From Eledone cirrhosa (Eukaryota), in contig OZ024745.1 in the NCBI GenBank assembly GCA_964016885.1, positions 23,188,001 to 23,252,000 of the forward strand: a stretch of DNA of 64,000 bases. Direction: 5' to 3'. Below the pieces are notes generated by a model. The model was not told the origin of the DNA, searched no databases, and saw nothing but the letters and a program-made list of their open reading frames with translations. Position 1 is the stretch's first letter. The number at the start of each line of letters is the position of its first letter. Position numbers and translations under genes: made by a program. Below, one piece after another: positions 1 to 12,816 of this stretch.

Positions 1-71
1 GAAATAAATACAACAAAACATTTTGTCCGACGCTCTACTGATATTCCCAATCTTCGATAACAATGATAATG

Positions 72-262
72 GTTTCTGATTTAGGCATAAGGCCATACAT
101 TTGGAGGGAGGGATAAGTCGATTAAATCGACCCCAGCGCATTACTGGTGCTACATTTTATCGTAAGGATGAAAGACAAAGCTAACCTCGGCGGAATTTGG
201 TCTCGGATCGTAAAGGGCCGTAACTCTGTGCCATAAAACAAGTGGTCCGACGCTCCACCGAT
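72..262 (-). mobile_element. SINE family A, diverged copy
   Basis: ggcataaggcc...gtaaggatgaaagacaaagctaacctcggcggaattt matches family A. Confidence 0.7.
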
Positions 263-419
263 ACTATTATTATTATGTCTGTAAATTAAAGAACATCTGG
301 GAGAGGGCACATACCCTAGGGTTTAAGGTTACCCTGACATTTTTCATGAGTGACCCTCGGATGTACCCCCACATTTGGCGAATTTGTTATGTTTTGAATT
401 TTTAAATGTTTATTATTTT

Positions 420-574
420 CCTGGACCGGGCGATGCGTTATGTCCTTGAGCAAGACACTTTATTTCACGTTGCTCCTTCTAGCTGGAGTTGCGATCGATA
501 GATAGTGTTAGCAACTGGAAAGACCAACGGAAACATTGTTTCCTCGGTCTGATTTGACGAAAGTTGATCGATCC
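420..574 (+). mobile_element. SINE family B, 5'-truncated
   Basis: Reverse complement of about 13043..13196. Confidence 0.75.
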
Positions 575-918
575 TTTTTATTTAGTCTTTTTTATAAACC
601 TTTCTCTCTCTCTCTAAACAACCCCCTCCCCCAAAAAAACCACACTGTACTGTCTTTATTGTCGTCTTAATGTAAGCCCTGTGTGGCTAATAAAGAAACC
701 ATTATTATTAATAATAATAACGACACGATTTATCAAGTCGTTGGTCAATTAATCATATTTTAATATGATAATCAGAATTGGATATTTCTAAAAACCAGAG
801 AGAAGATGATGATGGTGATGATGATGATGTCAACGGTGGTGGCGATAACAATATATATATATAGAAATATACACCAACTCCATAATTTCCATTGGATGTT
901 TTATGTATACATACATAC

Positions 919-956
<38 letters not shown>

Positions 957-2364
957 GTATATACATATATATATATATACATATACATATATATATATAT
1001 ATATAAATATATATATACATATATATATATATGTGTGTATGTATATATACACACATACATATAATTTATACACTCATATATAGACAGATATATTCATATA
1101 TAAATATATATATATATTTACGCATACATATTCATATATAAATAAATTATAAATTATAAATTATATATATATATATATATATACATATATATACATACAT
1201 ATATATATATATACATATATATATGAGATTTATATAATCACACAAATACACATGTGTGTAGGTACATATAAATGTACAACAAATATAATATATATGTGTG
1301 TGTATATAAGCATATATATATATACACACACAAACAAATATACACGTATTCATATATATTTTTTTCATTACAACAACAACAAAAACACAAAATAAGAATA
1401 AAACCATAATTTGAATCTGTGCAATGAAGTATATATATATTTTTTCTTTTGCTATTTTTATTAATAATAATTATTATATATATATATATATTATATATTA
1501 TATTATATTTTTATTTTCATTTCATTAAAATTCTGTGCCATATAGTCTTCAGTTATAGTTTTTTGTTGTTGTTGATTTTTTATTCCAAGTTTTTTTTTTT
1601 ATTCAATTTTTATAATTTTTTTTTTAGTGAATTTTTTTCATCTTGTAGATTTTTATGTTTTTTTTTTCAAACCATGAAATAATTTTTGAGATTATTTTTT
1701 TTTTTTCAAATAATATATTTTTTTCTTTATTTTATTGCTGTTTCCGTTCTTCACTTTTTCAAAATCAAATTTAAAGCAACAGATAAAAAAAAAACGTTAA
1801 TTATTTTTAACTATAATTATTATTATTATTATTATATTAATAATAATAGTAATAATAATAATTAGCATAACTGTTTATATTGGTGTCCTCTTTTTTTAAA
1901 TTTAATTTTTGTTTCATGTATTTTTTTTTAATTCAGAGGAGGGCGGATGGGACAAAAAACTGGGGACAGTGAAGAAAAAAATGAAAAGCAGCTAAGAAAT
2001 ATATTTGATGACGAGCCACAATAACGATGTTTGGTTATCAGATAATGCCAAACATCGTAGTTTCAACCAACAAACAACAAAATCTGTATATTGTCTCTTT
2101 AAAAGTCATATTTTACATCATATGTGTATGTATATATACACACATATACACATACATATATGTATATATATACATATATATATATATATGTATATTTATA
2201 GAGAGAGAAAGAGAGATACACATATATGTATATATATGTGTGTGTGTGTACTACTGCGTCCACAGTGTTTTGTTCAAGGCTATATACTGTACTACAGAAT
2301 ATATCTATACATTTTTAGCCAACACTGTAAGTTACAGACAGCTGTAAACACCTTGTCTTTATAT

Positions 2365-2425
<61 letters not shown>

Positions 2426-2489
2426 CATTTTCTCCAAGTGTACTGTACCCTTTGTTTGTCCAATGTGTTCATTTTAGACACACACATAA

Positions 2490-2525
<36 letters not shown>

Positions 2526-2532
2526 ATACACA

Positions 2533-2733
2533 TTACGTAGCTGAAACCAAAGCTTCTCTAGCTGTGTGCTGGCAATAATTACACATTTTGTAAATAGCCT
2601 CTTTTTTCTGTTGCATGGCAACGGCTTCGGCTAGCAACATGGCCGATGACAAATTCATCCCCAATGTCGCCACCATGTATTCGCGCGTTAGCGACAGCAG
2701 TGTCTTTCCATTAATTCGGTTTTCTCTAAAAAC
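2533..2733 (-). CDS. SAMD11: SAMD11-like last coding exon (C-terminal half of SAM domain, stop codon)
   Basis: Acceptor tttttgcag|GTT. Translation VFRENRINGKTLLSLTREYMVATLGMNLSSAMLLAEAV... completes a Ph/SAMD7/11-type SAM. TAA at 2533..2535. Exons 2-6 total 4374 nt, a multiple of 3. Confidence 0.9.
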   Translation of the reverse strand, partial: VFRENRINGKTLLSLTREYMVATLGMNLSSAMLLAEAVAMQQKKEAIYKMCNYCQHTAREALVSAT

Positions 2734-2842
2734 CTGCAAAAAGAAGGAAAAGAAGAAATTGAAAAATATGATAAACATGATTATACACACACACACACAC
2801 ACACACATATATTTCTGAAAAATAAAGTAAATTTTAAAAGCA

Positions 2843-2890
<48 letters not shown>

Positions 2891-3045
2891 TGCTTTTAAA
2901 ATGTACTTTATTTTTCAGAAATTGAATTAACATCAGTGAAATAGAATTATACAACAAATAGTAAAATAGGATTTAGAAAAGACAATAAATAGAAACCGAT
3001 ACTCTAACTATTCCTTTTTGTTACTAAGTAAAATAATAATAATTG

Positions 3046-3228
3046 TTTCTACTTTTGGCACAAGGCCATCAATTATCCCAATGTATTACTGGTACTTTAT
3101 TTTATCGACCCCGTAAGGATGACAGGCAAAGTCAACCTCGGCGGGATTTGAACTCAGACCGTAAAGGGACGTAACTATGCTAGAAAGCATGGCGTTCGAC
3201 CCTCTACCGATACTGCCAATCCACCGCC
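3046..3228 (-). mobile_element. tRNA-derived SINE family A, full length (partial copies follow at about 3289..3385 and 3416..3540)
   Basis: Minus strand reads GGCGGTGGATTGGCAGTATCGG (A-box-like)...GAGTTCAAATCC (B box)...GCCTGTCATCCTTACGGGGTCGATAAAATAAAGTACCAG...GGCCTTGTGCCAAAAGTAGAAA. More than 15 copies in the window. Central domain resembles Meta-type SINE cores. Confidence 0.85.
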
Positions 3229-3279
<51 letters not shown>

Positions 3280-3569
3280 TAATAATTATTTCTACTTTTG
3301 GCACAAGGCCAGCAATTACCCCAGTGTATTACTGGTACTTTATTTTATCGACCCCGTAAGGATGAAAGGCAAAGTTAACCTCGGCGTAATAATAAAGTAA
3401 AATAATAATAATGCTTTCTTCTTTTGGAACATGGTCGATTAAATAGACCCCAGTACTTATCTGGTACTTTGTTTTATCGACCCTCTGAAGAACGAAAGGC
3501 AAAGTCGTGCTATATGGAATTTGAACACGAAACGTAAGGAGCTGGTTTGTGGCCATCAATCATTTATAA

Positions 3570-3800
3570 GGGCTGGGTTGTGTCTTGTGTTTTTTTTAGC
3601 AAACACTTCGTTTCATGTTGCTTCAGTGTACTCAACTGAAAATGAGTACCAGCAATAACTGAGGGTTAAACCCTGCGATGGACTGGCGTCTTGCCAGGTG
3701 GGGTGAGTAGGAGTCTTATACTCTCAGTCGCTTCATCCCACGAAAACAAGGATAAGCACTGGCCTGATGAGCCTCGTGACTCGAGACAATGTTTAGACTT
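3570..3800 (+). mobile_element. Old diverged SINE, third family
   Basis: aaccctgcgatggactggcgtc...agtcgcttcat...ggataagcactggcctgatgagcc resembles conserved cores of ancient metazoan tRNA-SINEs. Single copy here. Confidence 0.5.
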
Positions 3801-3851
3801 TTGAAAGAGATAAATGAATAAATATGTAAATATAAAGAGCAGCGTGCTTAC

Positions 3852-5262
3852 CTCCGTATACTCCATGCACCCTTCTAACTGTGCAATGAATTGACATACT
3901 TCCAGAACGGTCCATTGGTGGATATAGCGAGGAACGATTCCCTTCTTGAAAGTACATGTACAGCCTTTTCTTATAATCTCCTCCATATTGTATTCCATAT
4001 TGTTATTATTATTATTACTATTATTGTTGTGGCTGCTACTACTGCTGCCGTGACTATGGTTATTACCACCACTGTTGTTGTTGTTATTAGTACTGTTGTT
4101 GTTGTTGCTATTGTTGTTACTGTAAGTCCGTGATTTAGCAAGAGGGCTCATCACTGTTCCTCCAACAGATGACGCACCACCACCACTACTACTACTACTA
4201 GTCAATTCGCTATGTTTGGAAACTTTCATACTGTCCATTTTGTGGTGGTTGCTTCCTCCGTTCATACCATTTAACCGCACAGAATTCTCCGTGTGGTAAT
4301 TATGTTGTTGTTTGTTTGGTAACTTTTTACAATCCTTATTACCGTTTAACAACAAACCACTGTTGACTCCATTCAACCGGAACCCAGAATGATGATGATT
4401 GTGATGATTATGACTGTGGTTAATATTACTGTTGTTGTTGTTGTTGTTGTTGTTATTATTGTTGTTGTTATTGTTGTTGTAGTTGTTGTTGATATTAGTG
4501 TGGTTATTGTTGCTATGGTTGTTGTTGTTGTTGCTGTTGTTGTTGTTATGATTATTATTGATACTGTTGTGGTGGCTCGTGTTGTGACTGTTGTTGTTGT
4601 GGTGGTGGTGATGGTGGTGATTGTGGTAGTCCATTTTCATGCGTTTGGTCGACAGATCGAGTGCTTTCTCGGCGTCAGTAACTGACCGCTTGTGACCACT
4701 AGAGCTTGTTGTTGATGATATCGCAGACGATGATGATGTTGATGTCGATGACAACGACGATGACGATGACAACGACGACAACGAAGACGTAGATGATGAA
4801 GTAGAAGATACACTGCCGGACAACGAGACATTGCCCAAGTTCGGATGTCCAGTTGTAGATGTAGGACTGTTAGTTGAGGCGGTTGTGCCACCCGCCGCTG
4901 AGCAATGGGTAGTCGATGGTGTCGACGATTGCGTCGGCGTCGGGGTTCCACAGGGTGTCGGCGTCGTACACGGCGTGAGGAGACCCTCAGCGGGTAGATA
5001 AGACATAGGACGGAGAAGTTCAAACATGCGCGGTGTCGTTTCCAAGGGAAATCGTGGCGGATAGATGAGTGGCGCCACAAACTGTCCTGGAAAACTGGCC
5101 AAACGCAACGATGTTGGCGGGAAGAAGTACGGCTCACGTGGTAAGAACGCCGGATGACCGTAAAGCATGCAGTTCTGGAAGAGAGGTGGAAATCCCGGAT
5201 GAATGGCATCCGTTGGTCTCATCTGCGAGAAGTATTGGTCGTAGCCGTTCATATGGGGTGCC
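3852..5262 (-). CDS. SAMD11: SAMD11-like coding exon 5 (Pro/Phe-rich region, ALDLS motif, N-terminal half of SAM domain)
   Basis: Acceptor tttttctcag|G (phase 2, CT+G=Leu). Ends IHQWTVLEVCQFIAQLEGCMEYTE, a typical SAM start (W-T-V-x-x-V-C-x-F). Donor GAG|gtaagc, phase 0. Confidence 0.9.
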
Positions 5263-5771
5263 CTGAGAAAAACAAAAAAGAACAGGTGAGAAATGTGTAA
5301 ATTGTTGTTAGTAATGATGGTGATGATGATGATATCTTTACATTGACCCAAGGTCTAGCATATCTGAGAAGTCGGTAGCTCTACTTCGAATATGAAAAAA
5401 CTGTGAGAACCCTCCAAACAATGCGAGCATGTGTGTGTGTGTGTGTGTATGTGTGTGCGTGTGTGTGCGTGTGTGCGTGCGTGCATGTTTGTGTGTCGTA
5501 GAGATCGATAAAATAAGCCTCAGACTTTAACAAAGAAATAAGTTGTGAGGTTAATATGATCAACTAAATTAAGGTGGGTGCTCCAGCATGACAGTACTCT
5601 ACTGATTTGAAGTAAGTAAAAGAAAAGAAAAGATCACAAAACGATGATGATGATAATGTTGATGATGATGATGCTGCTAATGATGATGATGATAATAATA
5701 ATGTTGATGATGATGTTGATGATATACATTAAGGTATAAAATAAATATAGAAAACAAAATGGTATACTTAC

Positions 5772-8172
5772 AGTTTGGGCGGAATGTGGCTGGCAGCCAG
5801 AAGCCTCATGAAATCACTGTATTTCCCTTTGTCCTTGTCTTTGGAATCTTTCGTCGGACTCGAACATCTGACCGGTTTACTATCGTCTTTAGGTTCTACA
5901 GAAACACTGCTTTTCAGTTTGGGAGAAGAAGAAGAAGAAGAGGTGGACAGTTTATCTTTAATGTTACCACTTTCTCGTTGTTGTTTATCTTTTGACTGGG
6001 CTTGGATTTGATGGTGGTGGTGGTGTTGGTGGTGTGGTTGTTGTTGCTGTTGTTGGTTGCTGTTGCTGTTGCTGCTGCTGTTGTTGTTGTTGTTATTATT
6101 ATTATTATTGCTGCTACTGTTGTGGTTGTGATGGTTATGGTGGTTGTGGTTGTGATGGTTGTGGTGATGGTGGTGATGGTGGTGGTGATGTTGCCCGTCT
6201 TTTAAACCTTCCCTGCACTTCTCTTTTGTAGCATCTCGGTGATGCACCATTGGGTATTCACGCGTGGCCATATCTTTCAGACCATCCCTGCGTTTGTCCT
6301 TCATATCCGAAGGATTATTTACAACTAATAGTCTCTGGTTATCGCCCCTTACTTCGCGGTAGATTTCTTGTGCAATGTTGCGATGTGGATCTTCGTTTCG
6401 TTTGTCTTGAAGACTTTCGCCATAAAGTTCATGTGCCATATTACGATATGCAAGTTCCTTTGGAACAACCATATCACAACACATTTCCTTTTTGCATTCC
6501 CCTTGACATTCTCGAAGAAGCCCATCTGTTTTACCATATAAATGGTGCTCACGGTAAATCTCTTCTGCAATGTTTCTAGGAGGACTTATATGTCTGCCAT
6601 AAAGTTCCAATGGTGCCATCATCTTCATCTCTTTGCTGCTACTATTATGGTCAATGTGACCACTGTTGTTATTGTTGTGGAGAATATTATTATTCATGAT
6701 GATGCTGTTGTTGTTGGTGCAAATGCTCGGATCGAACATCACACCCTCCCGGCACTCCCGATAAATTTCTTCGGCTATGTTTCGAGTCGGTGGCCAACAA
6801 CCTTCTTTCATGTTGGGGTCACTGACTTCTCTGTAAATTTTCTGTGCAATCCCTGGTGATTCTTTATCATCATCCATACATCGATCTTCTCTTTTGATAA
6901 ACGAATCTGTTCTGTACAACATATCGTTTGTAATCACAGCTGCCTTTGCTTCCGCTTCCGCCTTTATTTTCAAAGCGGCATCACATGCTTCACATTCTTC
7001 TCTCATTCGACATCGGTTTTCTTCACCAAATTCTTCCATCCTTCTCATATCGAATTTTTCATCGGCGTCCATGGACGATTCCATAACATTGTATTCAGTT
7101 TTGATTCGATGTGGTTCCTCCATGTTGCCCGCTTCCATCATTTCAGATGGATGCTGTCTCTCCTTCTTTATTTCAGGCGACATATTGTTGCGTGCCATCT
7201 CTGCTGCTCGCCAAGCCTCTTCACAGTGGACGCCATTTTGCATCATGGCCGACACGGCAAGAGGATGAGGATGGACAAGAGGATGAACAAGAGGGTGAGT
7301 AGGAAGAGGATGTGGAGAAGTTTTAATGTCGTCATCATCATTCGAAGTTACATCAACTTCAACGTCTTCATCTTCATCGTCTACTTCTTCTTTATCAGCT
7401 TCATCATTATTATCATTATTATTACTATTATCACCATTGTTATTATTATTGTTATTATTATTATTATTGTTGTTGTTGTTGTTGTTGTTTCCGTTATTAT
7501 TGTTAATATTCTTATCCGCGTCATGATCGTTGTCATCATCGCCAGCATCACCGTCGCCATCACCACCAGCTCCACTGCCACCACTGCTGCTGTTGTTGTT
7601 GTTGTTGTTATTGCTGTTATCGTTGTTGTTAGATTTCTTGTGGTTGTTGTTGTTGTTATCGTTGCCACCGTCCTCAGTGGCAACGCCTACAACACCGTCT
7701 TCATCGCCGTCACACAGCTCAGAGTTACATTTTGGCTGTTTCACGGCTGTTGTGTTGTTGTGTTGCTGTTGTTGTTGATGCTGCTGTTGCTGTTGTTGTT
7801 GTTGTGGTTGTTGTGGTTGTTGTTGATGTTGTTGCTGCTGCTGTTGATGGTGGTGGTGGTGATGATTGTGATGGCTGTGATGACTGTGATGATGGTGGTG
7901 ATGATGCCCACCTCGTGGACCGTCGATCACTTCATTCGGAGCTAAATCCTCCTTCATGGCGTCCTTCTCAATGGCATCAAGTTCAAGCCTGGCTCTTTTA
8001 CCACTGATATCCTCGGGCAGATAGTTTCGGATCTCCGCTTGATTCGAACGTGCCATTGTCATGTTCTCATCGTTCATTAGACTATCAGAAAGACTGCTAT
8101 CGATGCTGCTACTGCTATTATTGTTGTTGTTACTGCTGTTGAGAATATTCAATGACAAACTTTTTGCGTTTT
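5772..8172 (-). CDS. SAMD11: SAMD11-like coding exon 4 (2.4 kb; poly-N/H/Q tracts, SUMO-type motifs, internal helical repeats)
   Basis: Acceptor ctttttcttccag|AA (phase 1, G+AA=Glu). About 800-codon open frame (ORF 5768..8158). Donor CT|gtaagt, phase 2. Confidence 0.85.
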
Positions 8173-8910
8173 CTGGAAGAAAAAGGAAGCGCGTATGTTA
8201 ATATATATTTACAGTATATAATAGTTTCTAATTTAGGCACACGGCCATTAATTTGTGGGGAAGGAGAAAATCGATTAAATCAACCCCCGAAAGATAAAAG
8301 TCAAAGTTGATCTCGTTGGAATTTGAACTCAGAACGTAAAAGCCAAACATACTCACCTCGCCTACCATATCAGACACGTATGTATGTATGTATGTATGTA
8401 TGTATGTATGTATGTATGTATGTATGTATGTATGTATGTATGTATGTATGTATGTATGTATGTATGTATGCATGTATGTATGTATGTATGTATGTATGTA
8501 TGTATGTATGTATGTATCTATCTATCTATCTGTAACTTCTGGTGGTATCATAGAAGCGTCGTAGTGACATACGCCATACCTTGGGTATTTTAAACTCGGC
8601 GAGGCCTAACCCTCTCCAGGTCTGAATACATTAGATTCCTTCACAGAAAGACAGAGTGAAAGGAAGTCATAAAGAAATATGGGGAAAGAACTGACCCCAG
8701 TACTGGACTGGTACAATTTTTTTTTATCAATCTCGAAAAGATAAAAGGTAAAATGACCTGAGCGGTATTTGAACTCAGAGAACAAAAAGCCAGAATGAAT
8801 ACGGCAGAACATTCTATCCGACATTCTAATGACTCTGCCAATTATCTGATACGTACACTAGTTCGTTAATCATATGGATTTCAGAGAGAAAGGGAAGAAA
8901 ATGAACTTAC

Positions 8911-9080
8911 CAACTCCCATACAGCATCCAGTGACCAATGGTGAACCAAATTCTAAGATGGCGACACCTTTTTTCTGTTTGTGTAAGCTATCCTCAAGTT
9001 CGTTCATTGGAACCGTTTCCTTTTCTCGTGTGGTTCTCAATAAATCAATAATATTACTCAAACGAGATTCACGCAATGGA
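8911..9080 (-). CDS. SAMD11: SAMD11-like coding exon 3
   Basis: Long poly-T tract then tag|T acceptor (phase 2, AG+T=Ser). Open frame PLRESRLSNIIDLLRTTREKE...CMGV. Donor G|gtaagt, phase 1. Confidence 0.8.
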
Positions 9081-9156
9081 CTACAAAAAAAAAAAAAAAA
9101 AAAATTATAGATTTACAAATAGTCATATAAACGGGCTGACAGATAGACATATAGAT

Positions 9157-9253
<97 letters not shown>

Positions 9254-9515
9254 TTCTTTATTAGCCACAAGGGAGCACAAGAAAAGGGGACAAAACAAAG
9301 ACACGTGCCGGGTATTTTACATACAATCGTGTATAGATAGATAGATGAAACAGTTAAGAAGTAAAGAACGTTTGAATGAAATAAAGAAGAATGAATATGT
9401 GAAAGGATGACTGAAAGAAAACAAACAAACGAAGAAATAAAATTAGCGGGAATGAATGAGTGAAGGAATTTAAGAAGAAAGGAAGAAGAAAGAAAGAGAC
9501 AAAAACTTTATTCAC

Positions 9516-9706
9516 CTGCAACGCTTTGTTGCTTTTCTTTCATTCTCGTTAGAGAAATTTGAGTCATCGCAATTCTTCGGGCAAACAGATGAGGATTTGG
9601 TATTACACAGGTTTTCTCCTGTCTTCCATTCAACCATACTTGCGGTAAAACATCTGTCTTCTCTCAGAGGAGATTCACGTCGTTTTTCTGCTAATCTACA
9701 ACGGTT
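9516..9706 (-). CDS. SAMD11: SAMD11-like coding exon 2
   Basis: Acceptor ttacag|AAC (phase 0). Joining gives RISSPV|NRCRLAEKR, matching recalled vertebrate RISSPV|NRGRLADKR. Donor AG|gtgaat, phase 2. Confidence 0.85.
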
Positions 9707-10349
9707 CTGTAACGAAAGCAAACGAAAGAAAATTGTGAAATGAAGACGACGATGACCACAACAAAATGATGATGATGATGATGATGATGAATTAATTAAT
9801 TAGTCAATAGTTCTCTTTCCTTCTTAGCCTACTTATTCCTGTGAGGGACGTCGTGGGGTCAAAGTTTTCCGACAAGCCTTCCACAGGGGCCATATCAGAA
9901 ACAACCGTTTCTAGCAGATCCAATGATGCTTAAACGCGATTATAAATGAGTTCTTGCCGGATGAATAAGTAACCCCGGACCCCAAAATGGTAAACTAATA
10001 AGGGAGATGGAGCAATATGTGACGGGGTTAGTTCCGAAGAAAACACTCACAACCCAGCGATGTAGTTACGAAGAGGTGAGTATAACGGCCGCCTATAAAA
10101 AAAAGCCTAGTTTTCGAGAGTCTAAGATAAGTACTAAATTGCTGTCTGGTGAGAATAAGGCCACAAAAACCTGCATTGTGACCTAAGATAATATATTACT
10201 AATGGCGATTTTTTTAAATTTTACCTTCCTCCTCTTCCATCCCCATTTACCCACAATTCAGGGTTTTCTTGCTCCTCTGTACATGGATGTAGGCATGCAT
10301 ATTACACACACACATATTACACACACACACATATTACACACACACAGCC

Positions 10350-10390
<41 letters not shown>

Positions 10391-10531
10391 GGATGGTTGG
10401 AACAGGTAGTTGAGTAAAAGATTGTATATATACATATATACACACGTACATATTTCAAATACAAATAGTCCATTCTCACACAGCTTTCTTTCACTTTCTC
10501 TTTATACACATGCATATACGTACATGTATAT

Positions 10532-10595
<64 letters not shown>

Positions 10596-11086
10596 CACTC
10601 CCACAACCATCAAACTCACTCACTAAAGGACGCGTGTACATATTTTGGCCAAAGTTTTACTCCTAATCTCCGGTGTTAAACCAGATTATCAGATTAGCGT
10701 TTATTGCCGTTGTCTCGTTAAATCCACAGCAGAATCAAAAGAATTTCGCTGGTTATTTTTCCTTTGCCCGTATCTGCCTTACTACCCACTACCTCTGCTA
10801 CCACCACCAACAAAAACAACCACTACCATCAACATCAACAACCAAAACAATCACCACCACCAACAATCACAACAAAATAATCCTTGTCTTTTGCTCCACC
10901 TCCACACTTTTATCATCACTACCACCAGCAACAACAACAAACCCATGAAAATAATTCTTGTCTTTTCCTCCACCCCCATTCTTTCACCACCAGCACCACC
11001 AATAACAACAACAACCATTTTTTTTTCTCTTTTCATATATCAATAATTTAGGAAAACATTTTTACTGCCAAATCGGAGAAAGTACA

Positions 11087-11243
11087 GTACACTACAGTTA
11101 GATTCTAAAGTACACTACAGTTAGATTCTAAAGTACACTACAGTTAGATTCTAAAGTACACTACAGTTAGATTCTAAAGTACACTACAGTTAGATTCTAA
11201 AGTACACTACAGTTAGATTCTAAAGTACACTACAGTTAGATTC
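11087..11243. repeat. 23-bp minisatellite, about 7 copies
   Basis: Unit gtacactacagttagattctaaa. Confidence 0.95.
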
Positions 11244-11564
11244 GACCGAACTCCTTTCCAGACAATGTCTGCCTAATCACAACATACTGTAATGGGAGTG
11301 GTGGGGCGGAAGGGGAGATGTGAGAGATGGTATAACAAATTGGGAGAAATTTGTTCCATCCACATACCACAGCCATAAATGACAAAATGACATACTTCAA
11401 AACTTACGTTAGATACGTAAATATTACAAATGATGTTAGCAAACTAATATAAATACTATACTACATACCCTAGAAATCTAGATTTAAGTTAAATCACACG
11501 CCATACAAAGCTCATATATATAACCCTATTTTGTTTTGTTTCATTTATTAACTATATATATATA

Positions 11565-11642
11565 CAGGGTGTCCCCAAAAATGTATATATACTTTTATTC
11601 GAATGCTGTTAAAGTGTCTATACTTTTTCTGGAGACACCCTG
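11565..11642. mobile_element. Tc1/mariner-type MITE (further copies 30067..30168, 37118..37196, 44357..44435)
   Basis: TA|CAGGGTGTCCCCAAAAA...GGAGACACCCTG|TA terminal inverted repeats with TA target site. Four related copies. Confidence 0.8.
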
Positions 11643-11662
11643 TATGTATGTATGTATGTATG

Positions 11663-11708
<46 letters not shown>

Positions 11709-11821
11709 ACACTAATTCGGACTGCCTGAAGAGGTCACAGCCAAAGATGGCTGTCACCGAAATATATATAGCAGTAATAAACGAAGCTAAATTTTAAACA
11801 TTTGACTTATTTATTTTACTT

Positions 11822-11933
<112 letters not shown>

Positions 11934-11946
11934 GAGGGAGAGAGAG

Positions 11947-12290
11947 AGAATAAGAAAATGCGAAGTAGTTTCAGATGTTAAAATCCTTTAATGGTGATGC
12001 TGTGATACATATTTCAATAATAAGGTTACGTTCCCGAGGCATTACCGGTGGTGAATTGGGGCTCACAAGGGAACGAGCGAAGTATTCAAGAGCACCCGCT
12101 TTGTCCGTTCCCTTGTCGATTCAATTTGGATTGACTCGGGAACGTAACCTTGTTATGTAAGAAGCTGTCTGATGATATCACGGCACTGGGTACACCGAAC
12201 AGTGTGGCCACTGTTGTCATTGAAATATGTACAACAGCATTAACATTAAAGGACTTTAACATCTGAAACTACTTCGTATTTTCTTATTCT
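11947..12290. repeat. About 345-bp imperfect fold-back element (MITE-like)
   Basis: Outer arms agaataagaaaatgcgaagtagtttcagatgttaaa / tttaacatctgaaactacttcgtattttcttattct. Inner arms aaggttacgttcccgag/ctcgggaacgtaacctt and acaagggaacg/cgttcccttgt. Confidence 0.8.
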
Positions 12291-12499
12291 AAATATACTC
12301 CGTCTCTCCTATGTGGAAAAAGTACGTTGAGTGCTTGAAGTGCATCAATGTTTACAGTAAGTATATATATATATATCTATATCCGAGGACTGCGCGATTT
12401 CAGAGTCAGGTTTGATCACCACATCGATCGTACCTCGAGCTGGTCGCCTGAGAAACAATTGTAATATGTCCAATAAATTCCTTTCGTCGCACCACTGAT

Positions 12500-12565
<66 letters not shown>

Positions 12566-12667
12566 GTGAGAGGTGTCCTACACGAGTGAAAGTATATAGA
12601 AAAAAAGATGAAATCGAAAATGCAACTGGAGTCTTATTTTTTTTTTTATTATATATTTTTATTTGGT

Positions 12668-12706
12668 TCCTTTACCGGTTTCGCAGTTCTTCTGCTTTTC
12701 AAAAGT
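12668..12706 (-). ncRNA. Minimal hammerhead motif with U3-A8 variant core
   Basis: Minus strand ctt-TTGAAAA-GCAG-aagaa-CTGC-GAAA-CCGG-TA-aag. Confidence 0.5.
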
Positions 12707-12752
12707 AGAGTTGAGATGGCTGCTCAAATATCGCTGTCATGATCAATTTATT

Positions 12753-12816
<64 letters not shown>

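Noticed and set aside
3763-3790. CTGATGA as a hammerhead core
   Set aside because: No downstream stem II plus GAAA. Part of an old SINE tail.
3666-5351. 561-aa ORF as a stand-alone gene
   Set aside because: Both ends are intronic read-through. The true exon is 3852..5262.
7109-7945. Plus-strand ORFs antisense to exon 4 (also 50269..51648 antisense to exon 1)
   Set aside because: Shadow ORFs of trinucleotide-rich coding sequence.
9830-10200. Possible LINE remnant or extra exon upstream of exon 2
   Set aside because: No convincing motif or phase-compatible splice sites, so it is left unannotated.
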